Below are positions 19,209-28,867 of a DNA stretch of 64,000 nucleotides, one piece after another (the first letter of the stretch is position 1; every line of letters begins with the position of its first letter). Where the stretch lies: positions 124,001 to 188,000 of IMG/VR virus record IMGVR_UViG_3300042308_001511; one strand, 5' to 3'. Both the position numbers and the translations under genes were made by a program. Under the pieces are notes generated by a model. The model was not told the DNA's origin. It saw nothing but the letters and a program-made list of their open reading frames with translations, and ran no database searches.

Positions 19209-19961
19209 TTATTTTTTGTAATATGGTTCTAAATAAATCTTTATCGCCTTGTTTATACTGGCATCCGAGGCTTCGAGATCTTCCACGTCAAGATCTTGTA
19301 AATCATTCTTTATTCTTTGTCTGACATCGCCCAAACTCATGTAAGTTAAGTTTACATTAGACTCATCTGAGAATAGTTTCAAAAACATTACGTTGTGTGA
19401 CTCTGATCCAAATGGTATATTAATGTTTTGGTCGACTATCGGATAAAGTGTTTTTAGTATGTTCAGAACTCTCTGTGTCTGCGTTGCTTCGGGTCCATTT
19501 GGGAGCTCCTGGAACGATGAAACTCTTTTCGGTAGTGAGAATGCCATCCTGATGGATATGAGTGCTTCTACGTCGTCTAATAACCTTTCCAGTTTTGTCT
19601 CTACATCTTCGTCTGATTTGAAGCTCACTGTCTTCTGATCAACCAGGTGCATATTTGCATTGTTCGCGAATGAATATTGTTTGGCGTATAGTATTACCGT
19701 GACGTAAGGTTTGAGACCGTCACCTTCGCAAAGTCTGATGATATTACACAATCTCTCTGTTACCTGTTCTACTTTTCCTTCGAGTAAACTGATGTGCTCG
19801 GACTTGTTCTCAAACGGTGTATCTGACATAATCTCAACATCAAGTCTTTCACCTTCAACATAAACGTTGGATGTGTACCCGTCAGGTAGATCATACATAA
19901 CCTCCTTTGTTGTATTCAGTATGTAGTCCATCCCACCAAAGCTCTCGAATCTCTTTATCAT
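19209..19961 (-). CDS. Hypothetical protein with N-terminal tag
   Basis: Starts MIKRFESF. Confidence 0.65.
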   Translation of the reverse strand: MIKRFESFGGMDYILNTTKEVMYDLPDGYTSNVYVEGERLDVEIMSDTPFENKSEHISLLEGKVEQVTERLCNIIRLCEGDGLKPYVTVILYAKQYSFANNANMHLVDQKTVSFKSDEDVETKLERLLDDVEALISIRMAFSLPKRVSSFQELPNGPEATQTQRVLNILKTLYPIVDQNINIPFGSESHNVMFLKLFSDESNVNLTYMSLGDVRQRIKNDLQDLDVEDLEASDASINKAIKIYLEPYYKK

Positions 19962-20020
19962 GTTGTATATATTAAAAAGTTTTAGTATATTTCTGGGAAA
20001 GGAAGTGATATGGGTGTGTA

Positions 20021-20054
20021 TGAAAAAACCTCTCGTTTCTGAGAGGTTTTTTCA
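20021..20054. terminator. Intrinsic terminator, potentially bidirectional
   Basis: tgaaaaaacctctc-gtttct-gagaggttttttca, perfect 14-bp inverted repeat. Confidence 0.7.
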
Positions 20055-20058
20055 ATTT

Positions 20059-20760
20059 TTAGTTAGTAGAAAATTTCATAGTATTTGTAAAATAATCTTT
20101 ATTCTTACTTACCCAACCAGTTTCATTTAATTCATCTACCCATTGTTGTAGAGTAATCATTTTCATTGGATTTTTAAAAGAAACCAAATCTTCTTGTGGA
20201 ACTTCTGAAATATCTTCATCTATAATTATTTCTGAATCATCAATCGGATTCCATTTTTGTTGTGGAATAGAATACTGACTATTCTTCATAGTTAGTACAG
20301 GAACATCTTTTGTTAAATCAAATTCATAATCTGATTTCTTAACACTAGAACCAGGTTTCAAACCGATTGTGAAATTATTCACAATATCATCTTTTGCCAT
20401 AATAGATAGCCAAGAAATTGTATCCGGAACTTGTAGAGTTTTAGCTTTCTCGTCTGTTAACTCAACCAATACTTCAGAATTTTGCAAAAGCACAATTTTC
20501 GCTAACCCTGGAGTATATTGTAAGTAATCTATTGGGTTACTCATTTCTTCTTTACCTGGATTAGCACCACCAAGATAATGTATGTTATACAAATTACCCT
20601 TTGGTTGTATTGCATTTTTAGTTAAAAATTCTTGCATAACTTTACCTTTTTCGGATTTACCTTTAACTAAAGTTTCTATTTTTTTAAAAATATTTTCATT
20701 TATGCCAAGTATCCATTTCTTGTCATCTATGAATTTTTCGTACAATTTTATGTTCTTCAT
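20059..20760 (-). CDS. Hypothetical protein with N-terminal tag
   Basis: Starts MKNIKLYEKF. Confidence 0.65.
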   Translation of the reverse strand: MKNIKLYEKFIDDKKWILGINENIFKKIETLVKGKSEKGKVMQEFLTKNAIQPKGNLYNIHYLGGANPGKEEMSNPIDYLQYTPGLAKIVLLQNSEVLVELTDEKAKTLQVPDTISWLSIMAKDDIVNNFTIGLKPGSSVKKSDYEFDLTKDVPVLTMKNSQYSIPQQKWNPIDDSEIIIDEDISEVPQEDLVSFKNPMKMITLQQWVDELNETGWVSKNKDYFTNTMKFSTN

Positions 20761-20881
20761 AAGTATTTTATTTTTCGTATATATTATATTTCACTGTCAA
20801 AAAACGTATATTTGTAGATATTTCGAATATTATTTTTTTTGTATATTCTATTTCTGAAACTAAAATCGTATATTTGTTAAT

Positions 20882-21799
20882 ATGAACATAGGATACTGCT
20901 GCATACCTCTCGGTTGTAACGAGGGAAAGAAAAAGAAAGACCACCTACTCGTAAACCGAGGTATGGTGAAGAAAACGTTTGAAGCAAAGGGACTTCCCTA
21001 CGCATCACAACTTATCGTTGAGAACCTTAAAGACACACTGAAGGTTCTACAATATAACCTGACACAAGGTATCATGGTTTATCGTATGTCATCCGACTCG
21101 TTCCCGTGGATGAGTGAGTACCGATTCGAAGACCTACCAGACTTCACCAGTATCAAAAGACAACTCGAGATAATCGGAAAGTTCATAAAGGACAACACCA
21201 TACGTGTTAGTTACCATCCAGGTCCCTTTAATGTTTTGGCAAGTGAAAACGAATCGGTGGTCATAAAGACTATTGATGAGTTGAACAAGCACGCGGAACT
21301 TATGGATCTTATGGGTCTTGACCAGACAAGACAATATCCAATCAACATACACATAAACACAACCAAGCCGACCAGAGAGGACGCTGCTCAGAGATTCGTT
21401 GATAAGTTCGAACTACTTTCAGATTCGTGTAAGGCCAGGTTAACATTAGAGAACGACGATAGTCCTAACCAATACTCGGTGAAAATACTAAACGATTTGG
21501 TTTATTCTAAAATAGGTATTCCAATTGTGTTTGATCAGCACCACTTCAACTATGGACCACAAGATCAGAGTATGGAAGAAGCTCTTAGATTGGCACTTTC
21601 TACATGGGGTGATATTAGACCACTTACACATATGAGTTCGCCTAAGACTCATGAGGATTCAAAAGGTAGGGCTACTGCTCATGCAGACTACATATATGAA
21701 AAGATTGAGACGTTCGGTTTTGAATTTGATGTAGAAATCGAGGCTAAGGCGAAAGACCTTGCAGTTATAAAATATAGAGAACAATACCTAAAATCATAA
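20882..21799 (+). CDS. uvsE: UV damage endonuclease
   Basis: IGYCCI, YRMSSDSFP, HPGPFNVL, LENDD, FDQHH, AHADY, EAKAKD. Confidence 0.92.
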   Translation: MNIGYCCIPLGCNEGKKKKDHLLVNRGMVKKTFEAKGLPYASQLIVENLKDTLKVLQYNLTQGIMVYRMSSDSFPWMSEYRFEDLPDFTSIKRQLEIIGKFIKDNTIRVSYHPGPFNVLASENESVVIKTIDELNKHAELMDLMGLDQTRQYPINIHINTTKPTREDAAQRFVDKFELLSDSCKARLTLENDDSPNQYSVKILNDLVYSKIGIPIVFDQHHFNYGPQDQSMEEALRLALSTWGDIRPLTHMSSPKTHEDSKGRATAHADYIYEKIETFGFEFDVEIEAKAKDLAVIKYREQYLKS

Positions 21800-21801
21800 T
21801 T

Positions 21802-22008
21802 ATGTTAAATACAATCGCTTATATAGCATCTGCGTTTATACTATTTTCTTTCACGTTGAAGGATCAGAAAAAATTACGTATATTCAACTCGATAGGTGCC
21901 ATACTATTCATTTTCTACTCGTATATGAAAGCAGATTATCCAGTTGTATTCATTAACTCTGCAATTGTGTTAATAAACCTTTACTACATTATATTCAATA
22001 AAAAATAG
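21802..22008 (+). CDS. Small inner-membrane protein (YgjV-like)
   Basis: Three hydrophobic segments; LRIFNSIGA motif. Confidence 0.6.
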   Translation: MLNTIAYIASAFILFSFTLKDQKKLRIFNSIGAILFIFYSYMKADYPVVFINSAIVLINLYYIIFNKK

Positions 22009-22010
22009 AT

Positions 22011-22517
22011 ATGAAATTATTTGACATATTCAAAAAGAAGAAGCCTGTACAGCAGGAGACTATTCCGAACAAAAAGAAGAAACTGGTGCTCGACAAGGAG
22101 ATGGATTTTCCTGAGTTAGAGAAGTTCGACGAAGATAGATATCTAGCAGACACCTTCGAAGATGTGTTCCGGGCGATACGTTACGACGGTTGGAAGCGCG
22201 AGTTCACGAGTTACGGCGAGATGCACTTCTCGAAGGATCGCGTCCAGGTGAAGATACACTTCTCGGACTGGAGGACGTTCTACATAAAGAGGATCGAGTT
22301 ATATTCCGGATACACTACCTTCATATACAAGGACGAACTGGACGTGGACCACTATAATATGTTCTACGAGATCTACCGTGACTTCGTCATTAAACAGAAC
22401 GAGGTAAAGAAGAATAACATTGAGAAGAGTATGGCACAGATACGCAACGCACTGGGTAAGGACGTACTAAGGGACAGTAAGATTGATATGCTACTGAACT
22501 CGGATGATGTTGAATAG
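22011..22517 (+). CDS. Hypothetical protein with C-terminal tag
   Basis: Ends RDSKIDMLLNSDDVE. Confidence 0.65.
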   Translation: MKLFDIFKKKKPVQQETIPNKKKKLVLDKEMDFPELEKFDEDRYLADTFEDVFRAIRYDGWKREFTSYGEMHFSKDRVQVKIHFSDWRTFYIKRIELYSGYTTFIYKDELDVDHYNMFYEIYRDFVIKQNEVKKNNIEKSMAQIRNALGKDVLRDSKIDMLLNSDDVE

Positions 22518-22672
22518 TATAATAGTAAAATAAAAGAACATATGGCTGATAGTATTATGATTATGGAGTTCGCAATAAGGGATTTCATCGATGGGCAAGA
22601 GTTAGTTGAGTCGTTAGAAGATAGAAAGACAGAAGTTTCTGCAAGTCTTTACGGAATTGATTTAGTTGATAT

Positions 22673-23554
22673 ATGGAACTAATGGAACAAAGTAGACCAA
22701 TCAACGTTCTTTCACTATTCGACGGAATGTCTTGTGGACAGATTGCTATTAACAAACTCGGAATAAAGTACGACAACTACTTCGCTTCTGAGATTGATAA
22801 ATGGGCTATGCAGATAACGAAGAAGAACTACCCAAACACGATCCACATTGGGGACGTAAGGGAAGTTAAGGGTACGGACCTTCCAGAAATAGATCTTCTA
22901 ATCGGCGGTAGTCCTTGTCAGTCATTTTCGAATGCAGGTAATGGAAAGGGATTTGAAGGTAAGAGTGGAATCTTCTGGGAGTATGTTAGACTACTCAAAG
23001 AAGTCAAACCGAAATACTTTATGCTTGAAAACGTAAGGATGAAAAAGGAATGGCAGGATGTCATCACCGAAGCATTAGGAGTTGAACCAATTATGATAAA
23101 TTCCAGCCTCGTGAGCGCACAGAACCGTCCTAGGTTTTACTGGACAAATATACCAGGTATAGGACAACCAGAAGATAAAGGATATGTAACACGAGACATT
23201 CTTGAAAAAGACGAGGATGTAGATACCGCATATCAACTCACAACAACAGCTCTAGCTTATATGGATAGAGAAAGAAACGGAAAGTCTAGGTGGAACTACC
23301 ACAAAAATCCATTAGACGGAAAAGCAGCTTGTGTAGTTGCAGGTTATGCCAAAATGGCAGGATTTGCAGTTTTAGATTACAGAAACTTAGGAAAACCATG
23401 TAGGAGATTAACACCGAGAGAGTGTGAGAGGTTACAAACGGTCCCTGATGACTACACAGAAGGAGTTTCAAAGACACAAAGATATTTAATGATTGGTAAC
23501 GGATGGACAGTAGACGTTATCGCTCACATACTATCATACATGAAATTAGACTAA
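22673..23554 (+). CDS. DNA (cytosine-5) methyltransferase, second paralogue
   Basis: LSLFDGMSCG, GGSPCQSFS, LENV, QNRPRFYW, IGNGW. Confidence 0.93.
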   Translation: MELMEQSRPINVLSLFDGMSCGQIAINKLGIKYDNYFASEIDKWAMQITKKNYPNTIHIGDVREVKGTDLPEIDLLIGGSPCQSFSNAGNGKGFEGKSGIFWEYVRLLKEVKPKYFMLENVRMKKEWQDVITEALGVEPIMINSSLVSAQNRPRFYWTNIPGIGQPEDKGYVTRDILEKDEDVDTAYQLTTTALAYMDRERNGKSRWNYHKNPLDGKAACVVAGYAKMAGFAVLDYRNLGKPCRRLTPRECERLQTVPDDYTEGVSKTQRYLMIGNGWTVDVIAHILSYMKLD

Positions 23555-23558
23555 AAAT

Positions 23559-23819
23559 ATGCCAGAAAGAAGTGATAACTACGTGGATTTAGTTCCTCAC
23601 CACAGAAGAAAGGGAAATGATTTCTCAAATGATGCCGAATTAGCATTCAAAGATTATATAGCTGATGTAACCACCGTTAAAGATTTGAAGTACTTCACAA
23701 ATAAAGAACAGTATTTTACGCGTGCTCTGAAGGATGCTTACATCTCAGGTTGGAACCAACATAAATACGTTAGTGGAAAGATGTACACCATTGAAGAGGT
23801 GAAAGAAATAGTGAATTAA
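23559..23819 (+). CDS. Hypothetical protein
   Basis: 86-aa ORF in operon. Confidence 0.55.
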   Translation: MPERSDNYVDLVPHHRRKGNDFSNDAELAFKDYIADVTTVKDLKYFTNKEQYFTRALKDAYISGWNQHKYVSGKMYTIEEVKEIVN

Positions 23820-23824
23820 AGAAT

Positions 23825-24007
23825 ATGGAACAAACCGCAGTAGAATGGTTGGCTGAAGAGTTTAGAGATACAATCCTTAAAGAATATGGAGAAGTAAGAT
23901 TTTTAGAACTTGTTGAATATGCCAAAGAAATGGAAGAACAAAGGTTAGAGAAGTTGAAAGACTTTGATACATGGAAAGAATGGAAGAATAAAACTAAAAC
24001 AACATAA
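23825..24007 (+). CDS. Small phage protein (QTAVEWL-type)
   Basis: MEQTAVEWL..AKEME. Confidence 0.55.
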   Translation: MEQTAVEWLAEEFRDTILKEYGEVRFLELVEYAKEMEEQRLEKLKDFDTWKEWKNKTKTT

Positions 24008-24008
24008 T

Positions 24009-24548
24009 ATGGCAAACTATTGTTCATTTGACACAAACATCAGTGGAGAACCAGAAAAACTGACGGAACTCTACAAAAGACTAGGTGATGACGGACGTAT
24101 AGGATTCGACGACTATGAAAAGTTGTTCGACGAGGCTGCACCTGAAGGATTCAATTGGGGATCCAAATGGATCGAGTACAGTGTGAGCTATGGTGAAGGT
24201 CAAGACTGGATGTCAATCATCGGAGATACTGCTTGGTATCCCGCATCCGGACTGTGGCAGAGAATCTCAGAAAAGTACGAAACATCAGTAGACACAACAT
24301 ACTCAGAACCAGGAGGAAACTTCGCAGGAAAGGATAGTTGGGAAAACGGTGAGAAGACATTCAGTGAGGAGATGACATACACAGAACATCTCTACTACAA
24401 TGATTACGAATACTTTTGGGACAACATCACCAATGAATGTGTTGGGTTGGATCTCGAAGATGTGATTGACGGACTCGGATCCATCTACGAAAAGATGAGT
24501 GACACAGAGAAACAGAGGATTGTGGAAATACACACCGCGGAGAACTAA
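24009..24548 (+). CDS. YubB/DUF1281-like ferredoxin-fold protein
   Basis: NWGSKW, GDTAWYP, YSEPGGNFAG. Confidence 0.6.
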   Translation: MANYCSFDTNISGEPEKLTELYKRLGDDGRIGFDDYEKLFDEAAPEGFNWGSKWIEYSVSYGEGQDWMSIIGDTAWYPASGLWQRISEKYETSVDTTYSEPGGNFAGKDSWENGEKTFSEEMTYTEHLYYNDYEYFWDNITNECVGLDLEDVIDGLGSIYEKMSDTEKQRIVEIHTAEN

Positions 24549-24549
24549 T

Positions 24550-24585
24550 AAAAAAAGAGATTGTTTCTACAATCTCTTTTTTTTT
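24550..24585. terminator. Intrinsic terminator
   Basis: aaaaaagagattgt-ttct-acaatctctttttt. Confidence 0.65.
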
Positions 24586-24739
24586 CTATATTTGTATAAA
24601 AAATATAATATGAACAACCATAGAATAAATATGAACAAGATAAAAGTTCCTAAAAGATACGCAAAACAATACAATATAGATAGTTACCTAAAATCTTTTC
24701 TAAGTGAACTACGTATAAGTCTCTGTTGATATATAAATT

Positions 24740-25180
24740 ATGGTAACACAAAGAGATTTCAATAGGGACTTACTCAGGAAGGGTGAGCTTATATGCAGAA
24801 ACAGCCAGTTCTGTAAAGGAAAAGAAGTAGGTATACACAATCGTATGTTTGGTGGTGATTTACTACAAGAATTAGACTCCGTTTGTGCAGTTTTTGCGGC
24901 TGAAGTCTGTGACACTCCATGGATTGTAACCAAATCAATGAATGTTGAGTTTGTAAGTGAAGTGAGACCGAACCAGATTTACAAAACATACGTTGGTATA
25001 AAAAAAATTGGTGGTACTTCTATAACATTAGTCGCTGAGATACGAACTCATTCAGTAGATACTGAAAAAGAGAAACTTGCTATAAAATGTGAGACGGTTT
25101 TTGTACGTATAAACGAATATGGAGAGGCTATAAAGATAAACGACAATGTTCGTACAAACTACCCAGAACTTTCTAAATGA
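24740..25180 (+). CDS. Hotdog-fold acyl-CoA thioesterase (YciA-like)
   Basis: MFGGDLLQELD, VTKSM, IGGTSI, VFVRI. Confidence 0.8.
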   Translation: MVTQRDFNRDLLRKGELICRNSQFCKGKEVGIHNRMFGGDLLQELDSVCAVFAAEVCDTPWIVTKSMNVEFVSEVRPNQIYKTYVGIKKIGGTSITLVAEIRTHSVDTEKEKLAIKCETVFVRINEYGEAIKINDNVRTNYPELSK

Positions 25181-26262
25181 AATATGACTATATAATTGCA
25201 GGTGCCGGTTTCTTCGGTTCTATATGTGCAAGTGAACTTAATAAAAGAGGTAAAAAGGTACTTGTTGTTGAGAGTAGAAATCATATAGGTGGTAATTGTT
25301 TTACCGAAAGTGTAGATAATATCAATATACATACTTATGGACCTCATGTTTTTCATACGTCAAATGAGATGGTTTGGGAATGGATAAACCAATATGTTGA
25401 ATTCAATGACTTTAAATTGAATGTTGTTGCCAATTATAAAGGAGATGTTTACTCATTACCATTCAATATGTGGACTTTCTCAAAGATGTGGGGTATATCT
25501 ACACCAGAGGAGGCACGTAAAATAATTGATGAACAATCGAAGGATATATTGGATCCAAAAAACTTGGAAGAGCAAGCTATAAAGTTAGTTGGTAAAGACA
25601 TCTACGAAAAATTGATAAAAGGTTATACAACTAAACAATGGATGAAAAGTCCTGATTTACTTCCTAAGGAAATAATAAAAAGATTACCTGTTAGATTCAC
25701 ATATGATAACAATTACTTCTATGATAAATATCAAGGAATACCGATAGGTGGTTATACACAAATATTTGAAAAACTATTAGATGGTATAGAAGTTAGACTG
25801 AATACCGATTATTTAAAGGATGATATGCCCGAACATGATAAGGTAATATTTACTGGACCAATAGATAAGTTTTTCAATTACAAATATGGTCAATTAGAGT
25901 ATAAAACAACTAGGTTTGAACATATTAGACTTGATACTACCAATGCACAGGGTACTGCTACGGTTAACTATACAGATGTGGAAACTCCTTATACGAGAAC
26001 GATTGAACATAGACATTTTGAAAAAAGTGAAAGTGATGTCACCTGGTTTACGTATGAATATCCACACCCTTATAAGCCAGACGAAACTGAACCATACTAC
26101 CCTGTTAATGATACTTCGAACAACGAGATATACACAAGATATACACAAGATGCAGAAAAAATAAAGGATCGTGTATTGTTCGGTGGTAGATTAGGTGAGT
26201 ATAAATACTATGATATGCATCAGGTTATCGAGCATGCTCTTAATTTTGTTAATAAGATATAA
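25177..26262 (+). CDS. glf: UDP-galactopyranose mutase
   Basis: GAGFFG, HIGGNC, YGPHVFHT, GYTTKQW, RLPVR, EPYYP, GRLGEYKYYDMH. Confidence 0.96.
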   Translation: MKYDYIIAGAGFFGSICASELNKRGKKVLVVESRNHIGGNCFTESVDNINIHTYGPHVFHTSNEMVWEWINQYVEFNDFKLNVVANYKGDVYSLPFNMWTFSKMWGISTPEEARKIIDEQSKDILDPKNLEEQAIKLVGKDIYEKLIKGYTTKQWMKSPDLLPKEIIKRLPVRFTYDNNYFYDKYQGIPIGGYTQIFEKLLDGIEVRLNTDYLKDDMPEHDKVIFTGPIDKFFNYKYGQLEYKTTRFEHIRLDTTNAQGTATVNYTDVETPYTRTIEHRHFEKSESDVTWFTYEYPHPYKPDETEPYYPVNDTSNNEIYTRYTQDAEKIKDRVLFGGRLGEYKYYDMHQVIEHALNFVNKI

Positions 26263-26264
26263 TT

Positions 26265-26486
26265 ATGATTTATATTTATAAACCACGTAGTGAATGGCAC
26301 AGAAGATTTGATTTAACTGAAAATAAATCATATGACTGTGAATGGAATGGTCAAATGGTTTATTCATCTGATGGTATTTACTTTAAGTTGATTAGTGATT
26401 TAGACAAAGAGATTGAGGTTCATGAAAGTCATTTCATACCACTTGATAAATTTCGAGAAAATAAATTAAAAGAAATAGGGAAATGA
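26265..26486 (+). CDS. Small hypothetical protein with C-terminal tag
   Basis: Ends RENKLKEIGK. Confidence 0.6.
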   Translation: MIYIYKPRSEWHRRFDLTENKSYDCEWNGQMVYSSDGIYFKLISDLDKEIEVHESHFIPLDKFRENKLKEIGK

Positions 26487-26525
26487 AAAAAGTCGGCGAA
26501 TACCGACTTCTTTTCTAACAAAAAA

Positions 26526-26756
26526 CTATAGTCCTATATCACGAAACCTTTTTTCCCTAATACGTTCTATAAATTCTGCCTTAGTCTCCAAATTTATCTG
26601 TTCGGTATTGTAGAAGCCACCTTTAGTTGATGTTATACTATATAGATGACCGACGGTATCAATATTTGCCTCGCCTACTATACCAATCCAGTTAGTAGGT
26701 CCATATGGTGAGTTATATGTAAATGTGGCACCAATTGGCCAGTCATCTGGCATCAT
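26526..26756 (-). CDS. Small hypothetical protein with C-terminal tag
   Basis: Ends REKRFRDIGL. Confidence 0.6.
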   Translation of the reverse strand: MMPDDWPIGATFTYNSPYGPTNWIGIVGEANIDTVGHLYSITSTKGGFYNTEQINLETKAEFIERIREKRFRDIGL

Positions 26757-27394
26757 AATCCAAGTTCATTTAGTTTCAATTCTCTCAATACACTTTTATC
26801 AGGTTCCCAACCATAAAGATAAGTGTGATTCGGATTTACACCGACTGCATTCCATTTATCTATCAATTCTTCGGATTGGTAATTGATATGATTATTGTTA
26901 CTAATACCAATAAAACCTGTTGTTGTAGGTTCAAAACCATCCGCGAAAAAATCCTGTATGAAACAAGAGAACTCTTCGAGTATTATTTGTGCATGATCCT
27001 CTTCACGTCGTTCATCGTCATCGTCATCAAACCTTTGCTGTTTCATTCTTCCGAGCTTCACCAATTCATCTATTACGTCGCCGATAACGTCCGAGTTTCC
27101 GAATGGTCTTTTATAACCCATATTGGTTCCCTCATCACCTTCTTCTATATAGATTGTAGATAATAATGCCATATGAACATCTATGTTCTCTGAGTATTTT
27201 TCTACAACAGATTTTTTTGGCTTTGCTGTGATTGCCAACATCTGCATCTCTGTACTAAGATTTGTATCCCATGTAACCATATGTGAGTAATACGAACTTT
27301 CGGTTACACATGATTCTACACTACGTATCTCGTCGAGTTGTTTCTGAGTTATATTTATTCGTTCACCGGTTTTAGGCATATAAAGGTTTCTCAT
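26753..27394 (-). CDS. Hypothetical protein with C-terminal tag
   Basis: Ends RELKLNELGL. Confidence 0.65.
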   Translation of the reverse strand: MRNLYMPKTGERINITQKQLDEIRSVESCVTESSYYSHMVTWDTNLSTEMQMLAITAKPKKSVVEKYSENIDVHMALLSTIYIEEGDEGTNMGYKRPFGNSDVIGDVIDELVKLGRMKQQRFDDDDDERREEDHAQIILEEFSCFIQDFFADGFEPTTTGFIGISNNNHINYQSEELIDKWNAVGVNPNHTYLYGWEPDKSVLRELKLNELGL

Positions 27395-27544
27395 AATTAT
27401 TCTTTTAGTTCATTGGCTTTCATCTCTAAGTATTCATCCATAGAAAATCCTTCTGGAAGATTTTCTAAATCATATCCATATTCGTTTTGTAATTCTATAA
27501 CTAAGTCTTTGATGCGTCCCATATCTTTTCGTTTTTACAAATAT

Positions 27545-27575
27545 AAAAAAACCATCCAAATTGGATGGTTTTTTT
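27545..27575. terminator. Intrinsic terminator, potentially bidirectional
   Basis: aaaaaaccatccaa-a-ttggatggtttttt. Confidence 0.65.
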
Positions 27576-27585
27576 CGAAAATTTA

Positions 27586-28011
27586 TTAGTCTATCGTTTC
27601 GTATTTTATAATTTCTATTCCGGCATTTCTTAGAAAGTCTAAACCAGTGGTATCTTTATAGTCCTCACCATACACAAGTCTCTTTATCCCAGATTGTAGT
27701 ATGAGACGTGAGCAATCCCTACAGGGACTGTGTGTTTGGTATATTGTAGCACCATCACAAGACTGGCCGTTACGTGCACACTTAAGTATTGCATTGGCTT
27801 CACCGTGGATCACTTCCCATTTAGTCTCACCATTATCAAGTTCGCAAGAATTATCGAACCCGGTTGGTGTCCCATTGTAACCATCAGAGACAATCATTCC
27901 GTTTTTGACTATGAGTGCACCCACTTGTTTTCGTGTGCAGTGAGAAAGCTTGGCCCACTCTCTGGCCATTCTTAGATATGTTCTGTCGTATCTTTGCTGC
28001 TTATCCCCCAT
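27586..28011 (-). CDS. dCMP deaminase
   Basis: SHCTRKQVGA, GYNGTP, HGEANAI, SPCRDC. Confidence 0.93.
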   Translation of the reverse strand: MGDKQQRYDRTYLRMAREWAKLSHCTRKQVGALIVKNGMIVSDGYNGTPTGFDNSCELDNGETKWEVIHGEANAILKCARNGQSCDGATIYQTHSPCRDCSRLILQSGIKRLVYGEDYKDTTGLDFLRNAGIEIIKYETID

Positions 28012-28175
28012 AATTCTTTTATTTTCTCTTTACGTTTTTCACTTTTGAATAGATCCTGCCATTTGTCTGCGATGAAACTACTGACCACAAGATGGTTCGC
28101 ACTACCACGGTTCGCTGATTTGGCAATTGTGTTGCTCGCTTGTAGTATTTTCCCAATCAGGTCCTTCTGATTCAT
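27972..28175 (-). CDS. 67-aa mini-protein: major capsid (gp23)-like fragment plus C-terminal tag
   Basis: LIGKILQASNTIAKSANRGSANHLVVSS followed by RKEKIKELW; 1-nt overlap with the nusG stop. Confidence 0.55.
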   Translation of the reverse strand: MNQKDLIGKILQASNTIAKSANRGSANHLVVSSFIADKWQDLFKSEKRKEKIKELWGISSKDTTEHI

Positions 28176-28738
28176 TAGTCTGTTCTTTTATCTACTTGTA
28201 GTGGACTGAGATCGATAACATTTACTCTTCCAAAGATTGATACTGCCACACTTACTTTTTTATCGTTAGCAGATTCTACCTTACCGTTGAAGCCGTTGAA
28301 TGGTCCGTCGAGTATGGTTACTTCTTCACCAGGTAAGAATATGTTGGTATCAACTTCTTTCATTTCTTTTTCTTTCTCTTGATCACCCAACATCCTGGTC
28401 ACTTCGTTTACGGTAAGAGGTATAATTTCTCCGGCTCTGTTAGTTAGAAAGCCACCAACACCATTCATACCTTTCATAAAATATTTTAGTTCACCGACTG
28501 CGGTGGTCTCCACAAACACATAGCTTGGGAATTTTACTTTGTCACGTTTCATCTTCTTACCATTCTTTAAGTAAAATGATGTCTCGATTGGTACAATTAC
28601 TTGTTGAACAATACCCATTAGGTCACCGACCTCGGACTCTTTTTGTAGTTTCTCACCCACCGAACGTTCTTTATTCGTTGCTACTCTGATTACATACCAG
28701 TTTGTCTTTGTGGATCTTTCTGTCTTTGTTGCTTCCAT
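28175..28738 (-). CDS. nusG: Transcription elongation factor NusG
   Basis: WYVIRV, FPSYVFVE, GVGGF, KOW domain ILDGPFNGFNG..SIFGR. Confidence 0.92.
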   Translation of the reverse strand: MEATKTERSTKTNWYVIRVATNKERSVGEKLQKESEVGDLMGIVQQVIVPIETSFYLKNGKKMKRDKVKFPSYVFVETTAVGELKYFMKGMNGVGGFLTNRAGEIIPLTVNEVTRMLGDQEKEKEMKEVDTNIFLPGEEVTILDGPFNGFNGKVESANDKKVSVAVSIFGRVNVIDLSPLQVDKRTD

Positions 28739-28867
28739 TTTATTTTAGTTGTTTTCTTATTCCGTAACCTATTACTTTATTATCCATTATTATGGATGTT
28801 ATTTCAACTCCTAATACTTTTCTAAGAATTGGATTGAACCATCTTTTGAACAAGGTACTATGTGTTT

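Noticed and set aside
23825-24007. C-terminal tag in RLEKLKDF
   Set aside because: Poor fit to the consensus and not terminal, so it was excluded from the count.
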